From Candidatus Jacksonbacteria bacterium RIFOXYB2_FULL_44_15 (GTDB taxonomy: Bacteria; Patescibacteriota; Patescibacteriia; UBA9629), in the NCBI GenBank assembly GCA_001818235.1, contig MHJY01000022.1:1-46116 (forward strand): 46,116 nt of DNA. Reading direction: 5' to 3'. Positions 7,509-16,822 of this stretch are shown here, piece by piece. A program made the position numbers and the translations under genes. Numbering within the stretch: the stretch's first letter is position 1; every line of letters starts with the position of its first letter. The notes under the pieces were generated by a model that was not told the DNA's origin, did not search any database, and worked only from the letters and a program-made list of their open reading frames with translations.

Positions 7509-9848
7509 ATGTCCTTTTGTCGTCAGCTACAATCAAAATACCGTTTTTTACTAGCCATTTTAGCTGGGGTGTTTTTGTTTGTGCCGGCAATTGCCAAAGC
7601 AGAGAGCTACTGGAAACCGTCTCTGCGTTATAATTATCAATATACTACTACCTATAGCTCCACCGTGAATCAAATATCCTTGCCGAACGGCGGCGAAACC
7701 TGGGAAGCCGGACAAAATTACAATATCAATTATACCTATGCCGCCGGCAACAGCGTGGACGCGGTTTCTTTGTATCTCCAAACTTATGGCGTGACTGCCG
7801 AACAATTGATTGCGTATCGGATTACGGTGGATACGCAAACAGGTACCGGCAGTTATTTATGGACTATCCCGCAGGATTTGGGTGATAAGTACCAATCTTT
7901 TAAAATAATCGTCCGCGCTTACAAAAATGGTTCAGAAGTCGGCAATGATACGAGCGATAATTATTTTAGCATCGTTCCGTTGGGCCAGACAGCGGCAGTG
8001 CCTTTGGCGGCGAATTTAAATTCGAGCGAATTAAAATTAAAAATCATCATTCCCAGCGGCGCGGAGAATTTAAAAATCGGCGATGCCGTTACCATCAAGT
8101 GGCAATCTCAAAATTTGTCCGCCATTAATATCGGTTACACGACCGGGGTTGATCAGCCGGTGGAGTGGATTTTAAAAAATTACGTTGTCCACCCTAACCA
8201 AAAACGCGGCAGTTGGCGTTGGACAGTGCCTAGTGGCGCCTGGCCGAACGTTTATTACAAACTGTATTTATTTGGCGAACGCGCCGGCGTGGGCGCGGCG
8301 ACATCATACAGCGATGATTTTTTTACCGTGACTCTTGATGGCAGTGGCAAGCTGGGAGCGGATTTAGAACAGCCTGGCAATACTACTTCCGGCGAGAAGC
8401 TGACTTTAAATTGGTCGCAGTCAAACGTCGAAACAGTCAATTTATATTACACCGCTTACCCGGCCGGGCTGGCTAGCCAATGGCAGGCGATTGTGCAAAA
8501 TTACGCGGTCAACATTGATCAGCAACGCAGCACTTATCAATGGCCGGTGCCGGCGAATTTACCGGCTGGTTATTACGCCATCCGGCTTGATTCTTACCGC
8601 GGGAATAATCAGCTTAAATCATTTTACAGTCCGAATTATGGTTGGATCGGTCCAGGTGCGGAAGACCAAAAAATAATGCCGTTAGTGCGGCCGGACGCGC
8701 TGGCGATTAATTTATCCGCGGAAATTATTCCGGTGAATGTGGTTAAAATCAGCTGGCTTTCTCCGGCAGATTTAGTTGGCCAAAAATTAACTTTGGATTA
8801 CGGCCGGACTTTAAACTACGGTCGGACATTGCCGGTTACTATTTATGATACAGCCGGCTCAACCACACTGGAAAAATTAATTCCAGGCTACACTTATCAT
8901 TACCGTTTTCGCGGAACCAGCCAAACTACAGCTGACGCGCAATTTTTAATGCCCGGCGCGGTTGATCGTTTAGGATATTATATTACCAATAGTACTGATA
9001 ATAGCCTGGCGGTCAAATTAACCTGGGAGTCTAATTGGGATCAGTTTGATGTTTATTTTTGCCAAAGCAACTGCGGCGTCAATTCACTTTCTTCTTGGAC
9101 CAAAGTTGAGTCGGCGCTGGCTGATTACGGCTGGCTGGGATCAAATTCACTTTTCAAAAATCAATCTGCTTATTATCAAATCGTGCCCGCTGATATTGCC
9201 GACGGTTTTTTAAGCGGTGCCGGCGAACGGGTACTTGTGACTAATCCCGGTAATTTGATAACAGTCGTTCCCAGCCGGCGCGAACCGACGCGAATCATCA
9301 ACGATAAGAAAATATTTGAAAAATATAAAGGCAAGATTTTATTGCGCAGTGAAACTGACGGCGCGGCGTTTTATTTAAATCCGCGGACGCGATATTTAAC
9401 TTATCTGGGCCGGCCGGCCGAGGGGTACGTAATTTTCCGTGAACAGGCGGTCGGCGCAACCAACGCGGACTTGGCAAAAATTCCGGTGGGGCTGGGATTT
9501 TCTACCGGCGTAGACAGCGATAAAGACGGTTTGCCAGATACTTTAGAAGAGGCCTTGGGTACGAATGAACTGCGCGAGGATACAGACGGTGACGGGTACA
9601 CTGATCGGCTGGAGCTCAAAAATAATTATTCGCCGATATTGCCTTTCATTAAATCATCGATTAACCGCGATTTGGTTCGGCGGGTTGGCGGGCAGATTTT
9701 ACTGCAAGCCGAGGGCCGCGGCCAGATGTGGTACGTTAACCCGGCAGACGGCCGGCGGTATTTGATTACTGAACCGGCGGATGTGTTGCGATTATGGCAG
9801 AGGTTTGGTGTAGGAGTGACGGGGAAAAGCTGGGTGGCGTTTAAATAA
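7509..9848 (+). CDS. Secreted multi-beta-sandwich surface protein with C-terminal CPR repeat/Ca-binding module
   Basis: Signal peptide ending AIAKA. Three Ig-like repeats (PNGGETWEAGQNYNI..YLWTIP type) and an Fn3-like segment (LEKLIPGYTYHYRF). C-terminal GKILLRSE..YLGRP / DSDKDGLPD / GQILLQAEGRGQMWYVNP. Confidence 0.8.
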   Translation: MSFCRQLQSKYRFLLAILAGVFLFVPAIAKAESYWKPSLRYNYQYTTTYSSTVNQISLPNGGETWEAGQNYNINYTYAAGNSVDAVSLYLQTYGVTAEQLIAYRITVDTQTGTGSYLWTIPQDLGDKYQSFKIIVRAYKNGSEVGNDTSDNYFSIVPLGQTAAVPLAANLNSSELKLKIIIPSGAENLKIGDAVTIKWQSQNLSAINIGYTTGVDQPVEWILKNYVVHPNQKRGSWRWTVPSGAWPNVYYKLYLFGERAGVGAATSYSDDFFTVTLDGSGKLGADLEQPGNTTSGEKLTLNWSQSNVETVNLYYTAYPAGLASQWQAIVQNYAVNIDQQRSTYQWPVPANLPAGYYAIRLDSYRGNNQLKSFYSPNYGWIGPGAEDQKIMPLVRPDALAINLSAEIIPVNVVKISWLSPADLVGQKLTLDYGRTLNYGRTLPVTIYDTAGSTTLEKLIPGYTYHYRFRGTSQTTADAQFLMPGAVDRLGYYITNSTDNSLAVKLTWESNWDQFDVYFCQSNCGVNSLSSWTKVESALADYGWLGSNSLFKNQSAYYQIVPADIADGFLSGAGERVLVTNPGNLITVVPSRREPTRIINDKKIFEKYKGKILLRSETDGAAFYLNPRTRYLTYLGRPAEGYVIFREQAVGATNADLAKIPVGLGFSTGVDSDKDGLPDTLEEALGTNELREDTDGDGYTDRLELKNNYSPILPFIKSSINRDLVRRVGGQILLQAEGRGQMWYVNPADGRRYLITEPADVLRLWQRFGVGVTGKSWVAFK

Positions 9849-9881
9849 AAAAAGTGTTGTACTGTCTGGGAAATTGTTTTT

Positions 9882-9996
9882 TGTCATTCCGAGCGAAACG
9901 AAGTGGAGTCGAGGAATCCCTTAAATCAAGGAATTCGAGTTGAAGAGATCCCTCGACTTCGGTCCGATGTCTATCGGACCTTCGCTCGGGATGACA
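9882..9996. repeat. REP/RPE-like multi-branched palindromic element
   Basis: TGTCATTCCGAGCGAA / TTCGCTCGGGATGACA termini; inner stem GTCGAGGAATC / GATCCCTCGAC; side hairpin GGTCCGAT-gtct-ATCGGACC. Confidence 0.85.
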
Positions 9997-10023
9997 GATT
10001 GTCAGCTTTTGGACAGACTTTTT

Positions 10024-10052
10024 TTGACAATGCACGGTCAGTACGGTAAAAT
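10024..10052 (+). promoter_or_regulatory. Sigma70-type promoter of pduO
   Basis: TTGACA-17 nt-TAAAAT. Confidence 0.75.
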
Positions 10053-10086
10053 TTTATTACACTTAAATAAATTCTAGTTTGATTCT

Positions 10087-10692
10087 ATGCCCGCAAAAAT
10101 TTACTCAAAATTTGGCGATCAAGGCGAGAGCTGCCTGGCCGGACGTCGAACATCAAAATCAGATCCGCGGCTGGCGGCACTGGGCGCGGTTGACGAGCTG
10201 AGCTCGGCTTTAGGTTTGGCGGTTGCCCCGAGTACTCGGGGCGGCTCAAAATCAAAAATCAGCGCGATCATTTTTGAAGTGCAAAATGATCTTTTTGTTT
10301 TGGGCGCGATAATCAGCCAAGCCAATCATCATTTTTCAAATTATAGCTGGGCGAGCCGCGTCAAAATTTTGGAAACTCAAATTGACGCCTGGCAAGAAAA
10401 ATTACCGCCACTCCATAATTTTATTTTGCCCGGCGGCAGTGATTTAGGAGCGCGTTTGCATTTGGCGCGGGCGATTTGCCGGCGCGCGGAGCGTCAGGTG
10501 GTGGCGGCATGGCAACCATCAACAAAAAAAATCAAATCAAATAAAGTCAAATCAGATCCAACGCGCCAAGCGATTTTTCAGTATGTAAATCGGCTGTCGG
10601 ACTGGCTATTTGTGTTGGCGCGGTGGGTGAATTATCAGGCAAAGATTGGGGAGAAGAAGGCCCGCCAAACTTTGCCTTTTCGGCAAACTTAG
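10087..10692 (+). CDS. pduO: PduO-type ATP:cob(I)alamin adenosyltransferase
   Basis: KIYSKFGDQG, GAVDELSS, QNDLFVLG, FILPGG, HLARAICRRAER, YVNRLSDWLFVLAR. Confidence 0.9.
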   Translation: MPAKIYSKFGDQGESCLAGRRTSKSDPRLAALGAVDELSSALGLAVAPSTRGGSKSKISAIIFEVQNDLFVLGAIISQANHHFSNYSWASRVKILETQIDAWQEKLPPLHNFILPGGSDLGARLHLARAICRRAERQVVAAWQPSTKKIKSNKVKSDPTRQAIFQYVNRLSDWLFVLARWVNYQAKIGEKKARQTLPFRQT

Positions 10693-10698
10693 GCGGGT
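10660..10698 (+). terminator. Hairpin overlapping the pduO stop (terminator or short palindromic repeat)
   Basis: CCCGCC/GGCGGG outer stem and TTTGCC/GGCAAA inner stem; no U tract. Confidence 0.4.
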
Positions 10699-10774
10699 AA
10701 ACGGTAATGTGAAAATCAATGAGGTCAATTTAGTGATTCGGCTTTAGTGCTGGATTTTTTGTTTAACCGCGTTT

Positions 10775-10785
10775 TGTGATATAAT
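10775..10785 (+). promoter_or_regulatory. Extended -10 promoter
   Basis: TGTGATATAAT ends 35 nt before ATG 10821. Confidence 0.55.
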
Positions 10786-10820
10786 TATGGCGAGAGTAAT
10801 CACTCACATTTTTTTAGATT

Positions 10821-13800
10821 ATGGATCCGGTAACGTCTAACCCTATCGATGAGGGCTTGGCTAATTTTGATCCAGCGGCGACGATGGCGAATTTGGATTG
10901 GGTGCAAATTCTTGCCTGGGTGACTAAGGCCGTGATTTGGGGCGGATCATTGATGCTTTCGGCGCTGATTCTGGCGATGGTTTTAAGTTTTTGGCTGTAT
11001 TGGCGGCGGACTCTTTACCGCGATCGAATGCCGTTCGTGACCATTGCCATCGATATCCCGCCGATGGAGATTAAATCCGCCAAAGCCATCGAGAATATTA
11101 TTGCCCAGCTTTACGCCATCAAATCTAAGTTTCGTTTTCATCATAAATGGTTGCGCGGGCAGTATACTCTGCAAACCAGTTTGGATATTGTCGGGCAAGA
11201 CGGCTACGTTCAATTTTTAGTTTGCGTGCCGGATAAGTATCAAAATCTTTTGGAAAAAGCCGTTTACGCCCAATATCCGGATGCGCATCTGCGGGTGGTT
11301 CCGGATTACACGCGCGAATTCAAGCCAGAGGATTTTGTTTCGGAAAATCCGGCAACCGGCAGATATGATTTGTGGGGGACCGAGTTTGTGATGACGCGCC
11401 CTTCTTTTTTTCCTTTGCGAACTTATCCTTTATTTGTCGACGCCTCGGGCAAAGAATTTTCCGATCCATTAGCCGCGGTTTTAGAAATGGTTTCCCATTT
11501 AAAACGAGGTGAGCGATTTTGGTATCAGGTGACGATTGTTCCGACCCGCAAAGACTGGCAAGCCGAAGGCATCAAAGCAATTCAAGCCATCATCAAGCGC
11601 AAGAACATCGATCAAAAACCTTCTATTTTGGGCGCGATTATGGGGCCTTTTACCAACATGATCAATGAGGTTTTGCGGGTATCAATGGAAGGCTTGCTTG
11701 GTTCGCCTTCTGAGCAAGCTCTCAAGAATCAAAAAAAGAAGGACCCTGATGTCGTTTCTATGGATGCGGAGCAGAAACTCCATATGGTGCCGCCGGAGTT
11801 TGATTTGGTGGTAAAGGCAATGCGCGAAAAATTGTCACGCTTGGGGTTTTCCACCTTTATTCGGGCGCTTTATATCGCCCCGGTTGATGTTTATGACAAA
11901 CGGCGAGTGTCTGGAGATTTTTTGGGGATAATGCGGCAGTTTACCAATCCGCAACTTAACTCTTTAGCATCTAACATTTATATCGAGGCTGATTTTCCGG
12001 AAATATTTTTTCCCAAATTGCGGGCCAAGTGGCGAAAAAAGCGGCTCCTGCGTCGGGCGCAGAAGCGTTACGCCGGCGCCGGCGTGGATGACACCTCGCC
12101 ATTAGGGCCGTTTCAGAAAGCTTCGACCAGAAATATTTTTAGCATCGAAGAAGTCGCCACCATGTGGCATTTCCCGCTGATGGAGCTGGCGGACAAAAGC
12201 GGGCTTTTACGCCGGGTGCTGTCCAAAAAAGTTCATCCTAAACAGCCGTTGCCAGAAGGCGAGGAGGAGCGGGTTGATCCGGCATTGCCGGCACCGACCC
12301 AGATTTTGGTTGATCCGAATATTACTTTTTTTGCCCGGACTAATTTTCGCGGGTTGAACCGCAAATTCGGCATCAAGCGCGAGGATCGGCGGCGGCACAT
12401 GTACGTTATCGGCAAAACCGGCATGGGCAAAACCACCATGCTGGAGAATATGGTTTACCAGGACATTTTGCGCGGCGAAGGCGTGGCGGTAATTGACCCG
12501 CACGGCGACTTGGTGGACAACATCGTCAACATGATTCCGCCCAGCCGGATCAACGACACGATTTATTTTAATCCGGCAGACAAAGAGTTTCCGGTGGCGT
12601 TTAACATTTTGGGGGAGGAGAATTTACAGCATCGCTATCTGGTGGTATCATCGCTCGTCGGAATATTTAAAAAAATCTGGGCTGATTCCTGGGGCCCGCG
12701 TTTGGAATATTTATTGCGGAATTCTTTAATTACATTGATGGAAGCCGGCAATAGCACCATTTTGGGCGTGCCGCGGATTTTTGTGGACAACAAATATCGC
12801 AAGAAATTGGTGGATCAAATTACCGACCCGGTGATCAAAAGTTTTTGGATAAACGAATACGCCAAGTATAATCAAACTTTCCAGGTGGAAGCCGTCAATC
12901 CGATTCAGAACAAAATCGGCCAGTTTATTTCGATTCCGCTCATCCGCAACATGATCGGCCAGGTAAAATCAAAATTAAATTTCCGAGAAATTTTGGATGA
13001 TAAAAAAATATTTTTGGTGAATCTGGCGAAGGGGCTGATCGGCGAGGATGTTTCTTCGCTTTTGGGCGCGACCATCATCAGCAAGCTCCAGATTGCCGCC
13101 ATGATGCGCGCTGACGTGCCGGAAGAAGAGCGGCCTGATTTTTATCTTTACATTGACGAGTTCCAGAATTTTTCGACCGAAAGTTTCGCCACGATTTTAT
13201 CGGAGGCGCGGAAGTACCGGCTAAATTTAATTATGGCTCACCAGTACATTGAACAGCTGGACGAGCTGGTGGCGGCGGCGGTGTTTGGCAATGTCGGCAC
13301 GATGGTTTGTTTTGGGATGGGCAGTGATGATGCCGAAACGCTGGAGCCGCATTTTGCCACCGAATTTGTCCTGCAAGATCTCGTCAATTTAGGCAAATAC
13401 GAAACTATCATGCGTTTGATGGTTGATGGCGCGACATCGCGGCCGTTTTCCGCCGAGACCCTGGGGCGATTAGGAAGCCAGACCGTGAGCTGTCGTGATC
13501 GGATCATTAAAGTATCGCGCGAGCGTTACGCGGTCCCGCGGGTGGAAGTGGAAGAGAAGTTAGAACGCTGGCTCGCTGTCAGCACCAGTCCAGAACCGGC
13601 ATTGCCGCCAGGGCGGCCAGGGCCGTCAGGACCAGCGGGGCCGGCGGGGTCAGCAGGGCCGTTTGGCAGTAGAAATACTCCGGGCGGTATGGCTCCACAA
13701 CCGCGCCCGCAGGGAGCACCCAGTGGTCCAGCGCAGAATCGTCAAAATAATTATTCAGTCGCGCAAACGCAACCTGTTTCTGCTGATTGTGTTGCACCAA

Positions 13801-14807
13801 CTCGGCCGGCAACTGCTCCGGCACGGTTTCAGCCTGTCGCCAGAAATACTATCGGGCAAGTGAATCGGACCAGCAATTCAAATCAGTTTACATCGCCGAA
13901 TAAACCATCAAATCGTTGGCAGGAGAATTCGGAGCGAGCGGCGACAAATCAATCAAAACAAATAAACCGACCGGCGCCAAGCGGCCCGATTGATTCTGGC
14001 GGCCAAGAGCGTTCCTCAGAAGGTAAACCGCGACCATTTATGATTAAGGCGGCCACTAGTCGCGAGTCTTTAAATTCGCGCGCGGCTTCAAGACCCTGGC
14101 TTGAGCGCGATGCCCAAAAAGAAAGTGGCGCTCGCCAGGATCTGCGGCATTCGTGGGATCAAAGGCAGGAATTTTTTAAAGAAAAAGGAAATTTTTCGTA
14201 TCAAGAGGATCGGGCACGGCGATTAAATCAACAGCAATATAATAGTAAAGGGAATCAAGCGAAAGGAGATTGGTGGCAAGACGTAGCGTTAGCGCCGGCA
14301 TCTGGCGCTAAAATTCAAGAGAACAGTTCGCAAGGCCAGGCGCGCAATTTGGAAAATATTGATTACCAGCCGATTTGGCGGGCGCCGCGGAAAGTTGTCG
14401 GTGTCAGTGCCAAAGCAGTGGCTCCACTGGTCAGGCAGGAGTCAATTGTGCAAAAAGATCAATTAGCCAAAGTCGTCAATCAAAACCAAACCGTCAATAA
14501 TAATCAAAATGTTTCTGCAGAACATCAAACCAGCCAAGAAATAGCGGATCAAAATATTAACCCTGATTCATACGAGTCTTTTGATCAAATATTCGGCACG
14601 CCGTTAAACGCTAATCAAAAATTAACAGCCGTTGCTCAGCAGGACGAGTGCCCAGCTGATGAGGCACAATTTTCTGGAGCGCCTATGGCATCAACATCAA
14701 AAAAAAACGTGCCGTTACAAAGTGCACGTTTGCCGCGCTGGCTTAAGGACGATAGCTGGCAGAGGACTTTTGATAATCAAAAGCAAGCAGACGCGAATCA
14801 AAATTAA
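10821..14807 (+). CDS. CPR-type VirB4/TraD/HerA-like (type IV secretion coupling-like) membrane ATPase with long disordered C-tail
   Basis: N-terminal TM; RRRHMYVIGKTGMGKT (Walker A), VIDPHGD, LYIDEFQNF (Walker B), LSEARKYRLNLIMAHQY, FGNVGT; about 410-aa low-complexity tail. Confidence 0.9.
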   Translation: MDPVTSNPIDEGLANFDPAATMANLDWVQILAWVTKAVIWGGSLMLSALILAMVLSFWLYWRRTLYRDRMPFVTIAIDIPPMEIKSAKAIENIIAQLYAIKSKFRFHHKWLRGQYTLQTSLDIVGQDGYVQFLVCVPDKYQNLLEKAVYAQYPDAHLRVVPDYTREFKPEDFVSENPATGRYDLWGTEFVMTRPSFFPLRTYPLFVDASGKEFSDPLAAVLEMVSHLKRGERFWYQVTIVPTRKDWQAEGIKAIQAIIKRKNIDQKPSILGAIMGPFTNMINEVLRVSMEGLLGSPSEQALKNQKKKDPDVVSMDAEQKLHMVPPEFDLVVKAMREKLSRLGFSTFIRALYIAPVDVYDKRRVSGDFLGIMRQFTNPQLNSLASNIYIEADFPEIFFPKLRAKWRKKRLLRRAQKRYAGAGVDDTSPLGPFQKASTRNIFSIEEVATMWHFPLMELADKSGLLRRVLSKKVHPKQPLPEGEEERVDPALPAPTQILVDPNITFFARTNFRGLNRKFGIKREDRRRHMYVIGKTGMGKTTMLENMVYQDILRGEGVAVIDPHGDLVDNIVNMIPPSRINDTIYFNPADKEFPVAFNILGEENLQHRYLVVSSLVGIFKKIWADSWGPRLEYLLRNSLITLMEAGNSTILGVPRIFVDNKYRKKLVDQITDPVIKSFWINEYAKYNQTFQVEAVNPIQNKIGQFISIPLIRNMIGQVKSKLNFREILDDKKIFLVNLAKGLIGEDVSSLLGATIISKLQIAAMMRADVPEEERPDFYLYIDEFQNFSTESFATILSEARKYRLNLIMAHQYIEQLDELVAAAVFGNVGTMVCFGMGSDDAETLEPHFATEFVLQDLVNLGKYETIMRLMVDGATSRPFSAETLGRLGSQTVSCRDRIIKVSRERYAVPRVEVEEKLERWLAVSTSPEPALPPGRPGPSGPAGPAGSAGPFGSRNTPGGMAPQPRPQGAPSGPAQNRQNNYSVAQTQPVSADCVAPTRPATAPARFQPVARNTIGQVNRTSNSNQFTSPNKPSNRWQENSERAATNQSKQINRPAPSGPIDSGGQERSSEGKPRPFMIKAATSRESLNSRAASRPWLERDAQKESGARQDLRHSWDQRQEFFKEKGNFSYQEDRARRLNQQQYNSKGNQAKGDWWQDVALAPASGAKIQENSSQGQARNLENIDYQPIWRAPRKVVGVSAKAVAPLVRQESIVQKDQLAKVVNQNQTVNNNQNVSAEHQTSQEIADQNINPDSYESFDQIFGTPLNANQKLTAVAQQDECPADEAQFSGAPMASTSKKNVPLQSARLPRWLKDDSWQRTFDNQKQADANQN

Positions 14808-14819
14808 ACCCCAGAGGGG

Positions 14820-15407
14820 TCAGTTAAATTTATTCATCACTTTTTCCGGCGAATGTTCGAACGAAAAAATTACTGCTTGCGCGGCACGTTGCCGTAAGTC
14901 GGTGACCGCAACTTCTTCGGTTGGTGCAAATTTGCCCAGCACGAAATCAGCCGGATCAAAACCCTTTGGCACCGGACCGATGCCCAGACGAAATCGCAAA
15001 AAATTATCTTGACCCAAGGCAGTGATGATCGATTCCACGCCGCGATGGCCGGCCGAGGCGCCGTCGGTTCTAATTCTAATTTGTCCTAGCGCTAGATCAA
15101 TATCATCATAAATTACCCAGAGATTTTCTGGGCTTATTTTGTAATAGTGCATCAATTGCTGGATCGCGCCGCCGGAGCGGTTCATATAAGTAATAGGCTT
15201 AATCAGAAAGTACGGAACATCGTTACGGGTGCCGGATAGATACAACGCCTCGGCCTGGTTATGCTTGCTCCATTTTTGGTCAGCCAAATTGAAAATCGCC
15301 GCGAGTTCGTCTAAAACTTGCCAGCCCAAATTGTGGCGGGTTTCCAGGTAGCGCGGTTCGGGATTCCCCAAGCCGATGATTAATTTTTGCGTTTGGGACT
15401 GCGGCAT
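14820..15407 (-). CDS. pth: Peptidyl-tRNA hydrolase
   Basis: LIIGLGNP, TRHNLG, KPITYMNRSG, YDDIDL, GHRGVES, RFRLGIG; likely start MPQSQ at 15407, overlapping the der 3' end. Confidence 0.95.
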   Translation of the reverse strand: MPQSQTQKLIIGLGNPEPRYLETRHNLGWQVLDELAAIFNLADQKWSKHNQAEALYLSGTRNDVPYFLIKPITYMNRSGGAIQQLMHYYKISPENLWVIYDDIDLALGQIRIRTDGASAGHRGVESIITALGQDNFLRFRLGIGPVPKGFDPADFVLGKFAPTEEVAVTDLRQRAAQAVIFSFEHSPEKVMNKFN

Positions 15408-16819
15408 AAAAGATGTATCGGTGTTCCCCAAAAACTAAATTGGGTTTGCAGACTATTTTTTAGATAGTTTAAATAATGCTCCGGCAGGGTTATCCGCGAC
15501 GGCAGGGTCAGCTGAAAAGTCGGCGGTATGGTACCGACTTGTTCAAAGCTGATGATTCTGGGCCGTCGATTATTGCAGATCGGCGGAGCGTGTTTTTTCG
15601 CCGCCCAGTGGATAAAATTTTTTAATTGTTCGGTGGTGAGCCAGCGACTTTGATTTTGATGAATGGCCAGAGCCAGATCCAAAAGTTGGTGCAGGGGATT
15701 AGCGCCGGTACTGCGTTTGCCGCGCGCCGTTGCCGCCACTTCGCCTAAATATTTTTGATCCAAACCCCAGATGCGGCCTTGCCGCGGCACGCGCACGTCA
15801 GTAAAAATCAAGGGCGCCCAATCAAGCGAGCGGAACTGGTTATAAAATTCAGTGCGGTAGTGCGCCATCGTTGTCGTCGTTTTTTCAGCCACGGTGTCCC
15901 ATTTATTGGCGACGATAATCAGGCCTCTTAAATTGTCGGTAATCAACTTGCTGATTTTTAAATCCTGCACTGTCGGAACAATCGCCGCTTCGGTCAGGAG
16001 CAAGATAATGTCCGCTTTTTTTATTGTTTGGAGGGTCGCCTGGACGCTGAAAATTTCTATCTGGTCACTTTCGTAAATGCGGGCTTTTTTGCGCAGGCCG
16101 GCAGTATCAATCAAAACTAATTCGTGTTCGCGATAAAAAATGGTTGTGTCGTTGGTGTCGCGGGTGGTGTGCGGCAAGGGCGAAACCACAACTTGTTCCT
16201 CTTGCAGGAGGGCGTTAAAAAGCGAAGACTTGCCGACGTTCGGTTTGCCGACCAAGGCTATTTTTATTTTCGGCAGACGCGGTGTTTCAACAACAGTTTT
16301 TTCTTTTTTTGCCGGCGCGAAACTGATGACGCGGTCGAGCAGGCGGTTGGCGCCCAGGCCGCTTTTTGCCGACAAAGGGCTTGCCTCGCCCAGTCCTAAT
16401 TTAACGTACTTTTGCGCTTCCGCTTGTTCGTTGATTTTGTCCGCTTTATTAACGGCCAGGATGATGGGTTTATTTTTTTGCCGGCGGAGTTTTTTTATCA
16501 GTTCATAATCTTCTGACATTGGCCCGGTCTGAAAGTCAATCAAATAAATAATTACGTCGGCCTCGGCGGACGCTCTTTCGGATTGTTTTAAAATGCTGGT
16601 TTCAAGTTCGCGCAGGGCGGTTGTTTCTTGCGGATTCGGGCTTTTGATGCCGGGCGTATCAATAAGTTCCAGCTCTTGGCCTGCCCAATGGGTAATGGCG
16701 CGATTTTGGTCGCGAGTGGTACCGGGGATAGAGGTTTCCAGCGCTTTTCTTTTCCCGATCAGGCGGTTAAAGAGAGTTGATTTGCCGACGTTTGGCCGGC
16801 CGATAATGGCGATTTTCAT
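15380..16819 (-). CDS. der: Ribosome biogenesis GTPase Der (EngA)
   Basis: Two G domains (GRPNVGKS/TTRD/DTPG/NKAD and GKPNVGKS/TTRD/DTAG/NKWD) plus KH-like C-terminus. Confidence 0.95.
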   Translation of the reverse strand: MKIAIIGRPNVGKSTLFNRLIGKRKALETSIPGTTRDQNRAITHWAGQELELIDTPGIKSPNPQETTALRELETSILKQSERASAEADVIIYLIDFQTGPMSEDYELIKKLRRQKNKPIILAVNKADKINEQAEAQKYVKLGLGEASPLSAKSGLGANRLLDRVISFAPAKKEKTVVETPRLPKIKIALVGKPNVGKSSLFNALLQEEQVVVSPLPHTTRDTNDTTIFYREHELVLIDTAGLRKKARIYESDQIEIFSVQATLQTIKKADIILLLTEAAIVPTVQDLKISKLITDNLRGLIIVANKWDTVAEKTTTTMAHYRTEFYNQFRSLDWAPLIFTDVRVPRQGRIWGLDQKYLGEVAATARGKRSTGANPLHQLLDLALAIHQNQSRWLTTEQLKNFIHWAAKKHAPPICNNRRPRIISFEQVGTIPPTFQLTLPSRITLPEHYLNYLKNSLQTQFSFWGTPIHLLCRSPKRKN

Positions 16820-16822
16820 AAA

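Noticed and set aside
9882-9996. Cloverleaf-like fold as tRNA or cobalamin riboswitch
   Set aside because: No T-loop GTTCRA, D-loop or CCA, no recognisable B12 box, and it lies upstream of the pduO promoter.
1046-14807. SIR2 plus HerA-like ATPase as a SIR2-HerA defence system
   Set aside because: The genes are about 9 kb apart in different transcription units, and the ATPase is the membrane-anchored CPR T4SS-like type.
14808-14820. ACCCC-AGA-GGGGT as a bidirectional terminator between convergent genes
   Set aside because: Only a 5-bp stem with a 3-nt loop and no clear U tract on the + strand; too weak to call.
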